The notes beneath the pieces were generated by a model. The model was not told the DNA's origin. It saw only the letters and a program-made list of their open reading frames with translations, and searched no databases. A program made the translations under genes and the position numbers. Below are positions 27,501 to 39,500 of a DNA stretch of 64,000 nt, one piece after another. Position 1 is the first letter of the stretch. Each line of letters opens with the position of its first letter. This DNA comes from Malacoraja senta (Eukaryota), in NCBI GenBank assembly GCA_038087875.1, contig CM075997.1:3410001-3474000 (forward strand), written 5' to 3'.

Positions 27501-30500
27501 ATCTGCAGTTCTTTCCTAAACAATATGAGCAGGGAGGTCATGCTGGAATCATAAAAAGTATTAGTTAAACCACAGGTTTACGAGATTTATGGTGTACGAT
27601 TCTACTCAGTAAATTACTGATAGATCTACAGAATATTTAGAAGGCTAAAAATGTTTGCTTCTCAGGACAAAATGATTCAGATCAACGTGTTTCCTTTAAA
27701 CAAGTGTGCAAGAAGTACTATCAAACTAATTCTTAAATTTGACTTGACAATGCACTGAAGGTATTTTCCTTTTGCTACAAGACCATGAGAAAAGGGTTAT
27801 ATTTATAAAGATTGTCTTGAAAAAGAATTGGAAGGAATCATACTGGCAGTTCAGTAGTAGAAAAAGATATTGTGCATGTACAAACAATTTTCTGCTTTAG
27901 CGCAAAATCCATTGTAGTAAAATCTGCAGAGCTCTCGCTTTCTTGGTGGTCCCAAATCATGACTGAAGTTGCATTGATCCCCCTGCAGAAAGAAGAACAA
28001 AGTAAAACATCTTCATCATTTTCAAATTTACCTAAACCATTTAAAAAAAAAGCAATGTAATGAATATTTATGAATCAACTGAGACCAGACAGGGAAGGAA
28101 CATGAAAATCTATCATACTATTGAGATTGATTAAAAAAAACTCAGATTAAAAGATTAAGTAAGCAAGCTGCAGGGCCAATTCTAGACTTTGCAGTAAAAT
28201 AAATACATTTATGCCCATAATTTCATTCTTCACTGCACAGTCCATGAAGATAGGCAAAGCTATTCACTGTTGTGCTAAAAAAATTGGAAGAAGTTTGCAT
28301 ATAATTTTGCATATAATTTAAAATTCAGTTTGGGCGCGTTTTTCCAGTTTTCATGATTTCAAAACAAACTATTCTCTTAGATGCTATTAGATGCTTTAGA
28401 CTGACTGATACATCAACTTTTGGTTTCCGTAATGAATTGCAACCAAACTAACACTGCACATTCCAAGTCATCCATTGCTGCCTGCATTTTTATTATTCTG
28501 CCAAAATATTAGCAAATTTGATTACGTGTTCACAAATAACCCTGACCAGGTTCTGTTTTGGATCTGCAAGATGATGATGTCGTATGGAGAAAATACACAA
28601 TACACACTGTATTAATCTTCAGTATAAGTACCTCCACAGTATGGCAACGAATGGCACTAAAAGCACGTAAGACTGATATAAATTACTAAAAGTGGAGAGA
28701 GAAGAAACTAATCCTGCCATATCAGATTTCTCAATTTTTGAATGTCATGGGACCTTGCTCATCTTTAGGGATATCCGCAAGTCGGATGTTCGGAACCAGA
28801 GGAAGGCCTTTACTGTGGCCATGCACGTTATTGGAATCTGGAACACCATATTTCTTCAGCAAGCGCAAGGGTGACATTGTAAAACCTTACAATGACAATT
28901 TATTGATCAGAACAAATATAACATTGAAACATCTAAGCAGGTCTTTGGGGTGGGTATTGTGATTGTTACAGATTAATATTGTAGTCTTACCAGATTTTTA
29001 CATATCCGGATGTTCGTGATCAATAAAACGAGAAAATATTGGAGATCAAGTTAAGTGCACGCACTAATAACTAGTGATAGCAAAACAGAACACTGGAAAT
29101 TATTAACCTGCAGCCTCAGCCTACTGAAAAATGGTATAATGCAAGAATATGTGATGCAAAAAAAAAAATCAGTTGACTAAGTGAAGCAGTTAAAATAATG
29201 AATAGTTTCCAAGAAAATGAATGCAAATTGATAACATAAATTCAACCATATGCCTAAAAAGCAAATATTTACTCAATATCTAATTTTTAAGAGCAATAAT
29301 TGAATGTCATGAACCAAAATAGAATGACATAGCAATCCGAATGAGACAATTATTCAATTTAGTAAGACCAATATTCCACTTCTCACCTTTGAACATCTAC
29401 CCTCCACAAAGAACTTGCAAAGTACTTTTCCTTTCTTATCTCCGCAAGGCTGATGTCCATGATCATGCATGTTCCTCATATGCATTCTATCATCACGACA
29501 CTAACAAAACATAAAAAAGCTGTCTGAGATGGAGTAAAGGTGGTAATCATTTCAATTTCATTAATTAGCATGTTTGGATCAAAATTAGGTATGCATAAAT
29601 TAGAGATGCAATTTTAATGAATTATAAAATACAGATACAGAAACCCTGTTCAAAAATGAGTTACACGATACAAGCAATTACAGAAGAGGGGAAGAGGGAG
29701 TTCTTTTGAAGTTAACATCTCATCCTCGGACTATGGGTAATGTTTGGTGAGATTTGGAATTCAGCATATGTAGATATAAATCCACTAACGTGTTGCGTGC
29801 ATCAGCCAGAGCTCCAATGATAGCAATGAAACTGTAGGTTTGTGAGTTTCAGAGCCACTCCAGAGGCCCGAATACAAACTGTCAGTCCAATGTAGTAGGA
29901 CTACTACTTCTACGCTTTAAGAAGTTCCACAACTGCAGGGGGCAATTTTAATTGATGTTCTGATCACACTTTTCTGAAGAATGGAAAAACGTCAATGGGA
30001 CAAGTTTGGAGAAGACTAGGAAAACCCTCCCTGGCGTCCTTCCCTATTTTTAAATTTGCAACAAAAAATACAACAGATAATGTGCTCAACATATTGATTT
30101 CAGCTCAAATTGCATAATATAAAGTAGTTTATCCTCAATTGTCTCAGGTCATGAATGGGAGGGATGAAACCCCCGCCCTGGATAATGCGAAGGAAAATAT
30201 AAATACAATAAATGGTATCATGTTGCACCATACTTACAGCACAGGAACAGCCCCCTGAGCCAAGAGCGGAGCTTGCTATGGCGGCCGCGCGTGCATGCGC
30301 ACACTCACACACACGCGCGCATGTGCACACTCACGCGCGCGAGGCTTCGGAGGCTCAATCCAGCGCTAAATGCAGCTCAACTCTGCCTGTCTCACCGGGT
30401 TAACTACAGCCCTGGCTGAACTGACGGGATACCAGCGCTGCTTCTCCGCGCTGGTCATATTTCCCGCAAGCCCAGGCAAGTTCACCTGGCGGGACAGGCA

Positions 30501-33500
30501 GAGTTAAGCTGGGTTTAGTGCTGTTTCTCTGCGCTGGCTGTGGGCCTGGGGGCACAGCTTGTGTCTGACTCCCGACCTCTCTGGCCACCCGTGGGGGGCA
30601 CTCGGGACAGCGCCAGAGACCCGGCCGGGATTGATCCTGCCTGTGGATGAGGCGCAGGTCTGTGCCACGTCTCCCTCCTCCAATCGCCGCACTCTATCCT
30701 CAGTCCCACCCCCCCATTCCTCCCTCCTCCAATCATCGCGCTGAATCATTATGTCCCGCCCCCATTGCCTGCTGACCGACGTCTCTCTCGTCCAATCATC
30801 GTGCCCTCGATCATCAGTCCCACCCCCACTGTCTCGCGGAAAGCGGGGATTTTATAATACGGATCACAAAAACTCGGGGGGGATGTCCTCCATCTCTCAA
30901 AACATGGGGGGGGGGGGGACGTGTCCCCTCTGCCCCCCCCGGGTTTTCCGCCCCTGCCCTGAGCCCATAACATCTGTGCCAACCATGATGTTAATTTAAA
31001 CTAATGCATTCTGTCTGCACATGGTTCATATCCTTCAATAGCCTGTTCTTGTACCTGTCTAAATGCTTCTTGAATGCTGTTATTGTGTCTGTTTCTTTCA
31101 TATCTCCTAGCAGTGAGTTCCAGCAAATGCAAAAAACATGCCTTGCAAAACTCCTTAAAATTTCCCCCACTCACCTTAAATCTATCTCTCCAGCATTTAA
31201 CAGTCACCCTGGAAAATTGACTCCGACTGTATAATCTCTGTTCTATCTACTCTCTCTGTGCATTTCATCTTATATACTTCTATCAGGTTAGCCTCAGAGA
31301 AGTGCAAATTTGTCCAACATCTCCTGCTAGCTAATGCTCTCTAATCCAGGCCACAATGTGGTGAACCTGTTCAGTACAGCCCCCCCAAAGTTTTCATATC
31401 CTTTCTGTAAAGGAGCGACAAAAACTCCACAAATATCCGAAATGTGGCCTCACAAAATTTTCATGCAGCTGCCACGACTTCCCAATATTTACACTTAATG
31501 CCCTGACCGATAAAGACAAGCATGTTGTATACTTCTTTGTCATATCTACTGAGGCTGTCACTTTCATATGGACTTGCACCCAAAGATCCTGCATCAATGC
31601 CCCTTAAGGTCCCGCCATTTATTGTATACTTCCTTCCAAGATTTGGCCTCCCAAAGTGCAACATGTCATACTGGTCTAGATTAAACGCCATCTGCCCATA
31701 ATTCCAACTGATCTATATTGTATTTTTTCATATCCTTTCATTATCCACAAAACCAATTTTTGCGTCGTCCGCAAACATAATCAACTCACCTACATTTTCA
31801 TCAAAATAATTTATATATATCACAAACAACAAAATTCCATCACTGACCCCTGGGAAACATTACTGATCACAGACATCCGTGGGCGGCCACGGTGGCACAG
31901 CGGTAGAGTTGCTGCTTTACAGCGCTTGCAGCACCGGAGACCTGGGTTCGATCACGACTAAGGGTGCTGTCTGTACGGAATTTGTACGTTCTCCCCGTGG
32001 GTTTTCTCCGAGATCTTCGGTTTCCTCCCAGACTCCAAAGAGGTACAGGTTTGTAGGTTAATTGGCTTGGTGTATGTGTAAATTGTCCCTAATGTGTGCA
32101 GTATAGTGTTAATGTGCGGGGATCGCTGGTCGGTGTGGACTCGGTGGGCCGAAGGGCCTGTTTCCGTGCTGTATCTCTAAACTAAACTAATCACAGACAT
32201 TCAATCAGAGTAACACCTCTCCAATACCCTCCTTTGTTTACTATGGCCAAGCCAATTTTAAATCCAGTTTCTACTGAGTTTCTAGGAATCCCATGTCTTT
32301 TCATCTTCTGGGTCAATCTACCATGAGGGACCCTTGTCTAATGCTTTACTTGAGTCCATGTATAAAAGTCCACTGTTTTATCCTCATCCATCATCTCCTC
32401 AAAAAACGGAATCATGTTTGCAGGACATGACCTCCCCGAAACAAAACCAAGTTGGCTATCGTTATTACATCCATGCATTTCCATGTGTGAATAAATCCCA
32501 TCCTTAAGAACCCCTGATAATTTCCTTACTACTGATATGGCTCAAAGAAATCACTCAACTGGGAATTAATTGGCAGCGGTAATTAAATATATTCCAGCCA
32601 GAGTGTGCCTACAGCAGGGATCCAACCACGAGATCACAGTGCATCCCGGGCAACAATTGAGAGATCAGTTTGCATGGCAAGCAGAGAGTTAAATGCAAGG
32701 ACAATGATAATACTGCCACTGATGTTTGGGGTTGGAGGTTAGGTGGGGGCAGGGGGAGTTGGTTGATGAACTGCTCAATCAGTTGCAAACTAATAAAGAT
32801 TATTGAATGGGAAATACTTTGGGGAATACAAGTTCATCAAAATAACTGTAATGCAAATGGCAAAGTGAACTCTTAACCATATGGTTACATAGACCATACA
32901 TGCAAGACTCTTTTAAACCATGATATACTGTAGATTTGGATTAGTTGATTGTTAAATACACCAGGGTGCAATGAAATTCTTTGTTTGCATGATAAAGCTC
33001 ATAAAACATACTGTACTCATGATAATGATAGATACAACAGTAAATATAATTATGAATGCAAAACAGTAGAATGGCACAAAGTACTATTGTAGTGCAATCT
33101 TTCTTCGGGATGTTTTTTACTTTAACAAATATGTTTTGGTAGAATTTAGGAACAATTACTCATCCAACTTTGAGGGTAACCACTCAAAGTCACATTAATG
33201 AGCTCTATAGTCCACACCAATCATTGACCAACTCTTTACGCCCAACATACAAATTTCATTTTATCCTCATCATAATCCTATCAACTACTCTCCAGATCCT
33301 ACTACATATTTCTTTTTCTTACAAAGACATGTCAAACATTATTTAAATAATCAAAAAAAGTAATACTTCATGTCACCTACCGGCATATCTTCATCGTAAA
33401 AATCATGGTCACAATCATCTCCAGGATCCATCATGTGCCCATGTCCTGGTGGTCCGTGTAATGGCCCCGGCCCATGACAAGGAGGGCCATATCCTGGTCC

Positions 33501-36500
33501 GTGCCCATGGCCTGGTGGCCCGTGACCTGGATTAGGCCTGTGTCCTGAACCCTGACCATGACCATGACCTGGATGCCCTTGCCCTGGTCCAGAACTGTGA
33601 CACGGAGAGGGTCCATGACCTGGCCCGGATCCGTGGCCTTGAGGAGGTCCATGTTCTGGTGGTCCATGCCCATGCCCTGGTGGCCCATGCCCTGGTGGCC
33701 CATGTCCTGGCCCTGGCCCATGCTCTTGAGGTCCATGCTCTGGAGGTTCATGGCCCTGACCATGAACTCCCCCTCTGCCTCCTCTTCCACCCCGTCCTCT
33801 GGCCCTTCCTCGGCCACCTCTTCCTCGGATACCGCGACCTCTGCTGCCGCCTCTACCAGGACCTGCAGTCAGAAGAGTTTAAGAGGCACAAAAAAAAGTT
33901 AGAATAGGCAATGTGAAATCACAATAGCAACGCTTTCAAATGCAATCAGCAGATGAATTCCAAAAAAGTACCAAATGGGTGGGAGTTGCTGCCAAGAAAA
34001 GACTACAAAATAATACATTACTTTTATCCATAATATATAAGGTAGACAAAAATGTTGGAGAAACTCAGCAGGTGAGGCAGCATCTATGGAGCGAAGAAAA
34101 TGGGCAACGTTTCGGTCCGAAACCCTTCTTCAGATCCATAGTATATAACCTTGATCCATAACTTTCAAATGAGAATTCCAGTGATGAGAATGAATCTATT
34201 CTTATTTCACAAATGCTATAGATTTTGTTGTATGATAATGCTAAATATTTTGGGATCTATACACAAGTTAATAAATTTGGCAATGAAATTGGATGTTTGT
34301 GTTAAATTTTATGATGTATTGTGTTCTTTTAAGTGTATCGCTGCTGGCAAATTCATTTCACTGCACCTTCGGGTGTATGTGACGAATAAAATTGACTTTG
34401 GCTTTGGTTTGCACAATTAGCAATATAAAACCAATTCAAAAAATAAAAGCAAACCTTTCAGCAATCACCTACAATACCCCCTGGAAGCGGAAGCACCACA
34501 CACGATATGCAGTTGGGTAGACCCAATTTGATCCTTGGCTTCAGCTAAATAAACTGGCACAGATTTTGTTGAGCGCGCCCATTGCCCACATTCACAGCTC
34601 CATTTCCCTTTTCCTGAACTTACCTAATCTGGATCCACGGTCAATCTTGCCAGTGAGGTGCTTACTGGGCCTTGAATAATTTGATTGAGATATGCGGGCA
34701 AGTCAGAGACACTCATAGAAATGGATTTCTCAGTGGATTCAAAATTAATTGATTAATCAAGAATAGTTTCACTGTTTGATAAGATATTGTAATATGTCAA
34801 TTCCATAGAAGATTTTTTTAAAAAAGACAAAGAGGAAAAATACTAGTTCACCTTTCTATCAGATATATACCTGATGTTCCACACCCCCGGTGTCCNNNNN
34901 NNNNNNNNNNNNNNNNNNNNNNNNNNNNNNNNNNNNNNNNNNNNNNNNNNNNNNNNNNNNNNNNNNNNNNNNNNNNNNNNNNNNNNNNNNNNNNNNNNNN
35001 NNNNNNNNNNNNNNNNNNNNNNNNNNNNNNNNNNNNNNNNNNNNNNNNNNNNNNNNNNNNNNNNNNNNNNNNNNNNNNNNNNTACTTGCTTAATTCTTTG
35101 GCAAAATCATCATATTCTTCATCCTCCTCATCTGGTACTTCCTCCTCCTCCACCCCCTCATAGTCGACATACTGATCATCTTCATACTCCTCATACATAT
35201 TGTAGTTCATATTTTCTGGCTTTATATATGTCTTCTTTGACAAAGGAGCCCCTGAAGATGGGGGGAAAGATGGCTAGGGTGCATAAACAAAAGACAGGTA
35301 ATTAATTGAAGGTCTGAAGGAAAATAAATCAATAGAAGTGTTCAATTACTAAAGCATTAAAATGACCTAACAATTGCACAATGGACTGGTATGTTAGTTT
35401 TCGGTCCCACAGTGGGTGTACATATATTGACGCCAAAGCAAAATAACCTGACCCTGCTTAATACAAATCAACAGTGACAGATACTCAAGGGCATAGAATG
35501 AATGAATAAATGAACGAATGAATGAATAAGTTTATTGGCCAAGTATTCACATACAAGGAATTTGCCTTGGTGCTCCGCCCACAAGTGACAACATGACATA
35601 GTGACAGTTAAGAATGATACATAAAACATTAAACATTAATTATAAAATTCTATTAATAATAGAATTAACATTGCTAAGAGGTTAAGCAATCTTGAGCACA
35701 ATCATGAAACTTATACAGAAGTAAAAATGTCAGCAAATATGATGCTTCTGTCCTGCACACTAAAAAATGTTGGACACTATTCTTTCAATTTTGACTCTTC
35801 CTTTAATGATGCTGCACCTTCTTTCAGTTCTGCAGATGTGTTTCACAGTGATGCTCTTTTCAACTTTCTGCATACAATTCTACTCAGTCTGCACTCTTGT
35901 GGTCCAGAAGCTACCTGATATCACACAAAGAGTTTTTCTATCTTTCCTTTTCAGGATCTGGGTTTTACTGACAGGACCATATTACCCATTCCAAACTGTC
36001 ATTGAGAATATGGTGGTTAGCCACCTTCTTGAACCACTGTAGCCCTTCTGGTGAAAGTTTTTCCACAGTGCTGCTAGGCAGGAGGTTCCAGGATTTAGAT
36101 CAAGGACCCTGATCTACTTCCAAATCAGGATAGGTTCATCTTAGAGCAGAAACTGTCCAACTTGGAGCTGAAACTGCAGGTGCGGTTCATTCCCATGTAT
36201 CTGTTGCCCACTGTCCTTGCTGGAAAACATTTCCAGCTTTGTGACATGCTGCTGGATTAGGCTCCTGCGCATCAGTGATGAAGAGAATGAATGTTTAAGG
36301 TGATTGATGAGGTGCCAATTTAAGGGGACTGCTCTGGTTTGGATGATGTTGAGCTTCAAGCATTGTTGGAGCTGAATTTTTCAAAGCAAATGAAGCACTT
36401 TTCATCACATACCAGACTTGTGCCTTGTATATGGTAGAAAGACTTGGAGGCTCACAAGTGAACCACTTGTTCACAAGATCATGAGTGATAGGAGCAGAAT

Positions 36501-39500
36501 TAGGCCATTCGGTCTCCACCATTTATTCATGGCTGATCTGTCTCTCCCTCCTAACCCCATTTTCCTGCCTTCTCCTCATAACCTCCGATACCCGTACTGA
36601 TCAAGAATGTTGCAGGATAGCCCAGTCTCTGACTTGCCCTGATAGCCACAATATTTAGGCAGCTGGTTCAGCTGAGTTTCTGGTCAGTCCTTTACAGGTA
36701 AGATAGTAATTCTCACGCATCCCTTAAATTTAGCTCTTTGGTCCATGTTTGATTAATGCTATGAGGTCTGGAATTCAATGGTCCTGATAAAATTCAACTG
36801 GGCTTCAACAATGAAAGGACATGTAGATGCATGCATTTCTTCCACTTTGCCACACAGCTACAAGCTCCCTAGTCTCTGATTTGCTGTGGATTCGAACCCT
36901 CGCCGTCCTTGAGGAAGTGTTTCACTATTGGAAGCAGAATCTTTTAGGTTTAAGAAAGAACGGCAGATGCTGGAAAAATCAAAGGTAGACAAAAATGCTG
37001 GAGAAACTCAGCGGGTGAGGCAGCATCTTTGGAGCGAAGGAATAGGTGACGTTTCAGGTCGAGACCCTTCTTCAGACTGAATCTTTTAGTTGAAATGTTA
37101 AACCTATCTGCGCTCTTTGGTAATCATAAACTATCTAGTAACAATAGAAGAGGAGTTGGAGAGTTTTCCTTAGTGTCTTAGTTAATGGTCATCTTTCTAC
37201 TAAGATTACCAAAAATAGGTCAGATGGTGATTATCATGTAGCTGAACTTGTTGGACAGAAATTGGATACTATATTTCCTGTACAGTGCAACTATAATGTC
37301 TACACTGCAAAAAGTATTTAGTTACCTACAAAGCATTTTGGGACACTGAGCTTATGAAAAACACAATACAAAAGATAGAATTTACAGTTGGTGACAAAGC
37401 AACCTCACATTTTGCTGACTTTGAAGAAAGCTGCCCACAAAAATCTATTGATCTCTGTGACGTGGACTTTTTCTACATCATTTGCTGCCAGATGTTAATT
37501 CAACAGGATCTCAGTAGTTCAGCAGTTATGATCTCATCAAACTGACTACCAGCCAATTACATAGAATAATTCTCTGGCAGCAAACCAGAAAGGATGAAAC
37601 CTAATTGGCTTGAACATTTTTACAAAATGTTAAGTATGTGATCAAGGTGGAAATGAAAGAACAACTAAATTGAAATATAATATTTAAAAACATTATATTT
37701 TAAAATATCTTTCATGAGAATTACAGTCCATGTATATAAAGGGAAGATATTACGAAGAAGTAATGTGGCTGGGTACGCCATTAAAAACTCACACCCCATG
37801 AAACTAAGTATCAGATTTTCAGGGTATCTTACAACAAAAATGTTTCATGAAATACATTTTCTTTGTCAATTGACTAATTCAATTTGATTCTGGCAGAAAA
37901 GATTGCAAAAAAAGCAGACAACCAAGCACCGATTCAATGAAAAGCAACTTTCCAACTACATGCGTATGTAGCTGATGTCAGTTTCAACGTGGAATGAAAG
38001 TGAACACGCACATAATCCCCTTCTTTGCAACTCAACTTCTGCTCAATGAAGTCAAAAATTGGATTAGTTTATACACCTATGCTACCTTTCAAATAAAATG
38101 CTTCAAGGGTAGCAATATAAAATACAACAACATAATAATAAATAATAATAATAAAAAAAATTATATGCAATACCTGCAAAAATGGTGGACTGTATTCTCG
38201 ATATTTACGGTATCCCTTCTCTCCAGGACTGTAGTCTGAATCATCACTATAATCGGAATAATCATCACTAGAAGACACATGCCGCTGAAAAGACAATTGA
38301 GGTAGAAAAAAGCGAAACTATATCAAGGACAGACACAACTAAAATTTCCACCATTTATAACATGGTGACTCGACAAATAGTTGGTTAACCTGCAATTGTT
38401 ATGGTAACATGTATTTACAAGATAATAGAGAGCAGCGACATTTTGAATGTTAGCTAAATCCAAACTCCCCTCATTTATCAGCCCAAGCCTAGTCATTCTA
38501 GTAAACTATGACCGCACTTCCTTTATGGCAACAACATCCATCATTAAATAACAAGACCAAAACTACACACAAAACTCCATAAGCGGGATCCCACGGCTAA
38601 TCAAAACATCCTTGTTTCTGTACAAATCCTCTTGCAAAGGCCAATGGCAGTACTTGAATTGGTGGCACAGTACTCCAGCTAGTAATGCTGTTGTCTCATT
38701 GATCCAGGACTGAGCATTGTCTGAGTGGAGTTTGTACATTCTCCCTGTGACCACGTTGGTATGGGAATCCAAATATATCGTGATATACCCAGAAAATAAA
38801 TCGATAGAGATGTGGATAATGAGAGGTCAAGAAAAAAAAAATCCTCATGGAAATAAGAGAATGGCTGAGGTACAAAATTAGTCCGTTACATCAATCTTTG
38901 CCAGGCAAGATGATGCTACTGGAAACTCAACAAAGAAGGATGTAAATAGGATTTTGAATCAGCTAAAATTATCAATTAGGAGATACTAGAAAGGTTTTCT
39001 GCTCTTTCGGTGAATAAATCATTTTGTTCAGAAGGAATAGATCCTCAGTTGCAAAGGAAATGTTGGGGAAATCTATAGAGGCTCTAGCCATAATCTTCCA
39101 AACCTCTATAGACAATAGACAATAGATGCAGAAGTAGGCCATTTGACGCAGCACCATCATTCAATGTGCATCGGTGCTACCTTCTGCACCCATGTAGAAC
39201 TCATATACTTCATTAACTTCACCACTAATTTTCATCCTGCACTCAAATTCACTTGGACCATCTTCGACACAAGTCTCCATCACAGGAAGTAGACTATTGA
39301 CTGACGTCTATTATAAAACCCACTGACTCCCACAACTATCTTGACTACACTTCTTCCCACCCTGCTTCCTGCAAAGACTCTATCCCCTATACCCAATTCC
39401 TCCGTCTATGCTGCATCTGCGCCCAAGATGAGGTGTTCCATACTAGGACATCTCCCTCATTCTTTAAGGAATGGGCGTTCCCCTCAAGAACAACCCATAT

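Noticed and set aside
28571-28676. C/D box snoRNA-like ATGATGA...CTGA
   Set aside because: Lies antisense to the host gene, has no terminal stem, and is plausibly chance.
33431-33907. Three overlapping ORFs (128, 114 and 82 aa) with Met/Trp/His repeats
   Set aside because: They are alternative-frame and antisense by-products of the His-Gly-Pro repeat exon; the true frame is fixed by splice phase and ZC3H4 homology.
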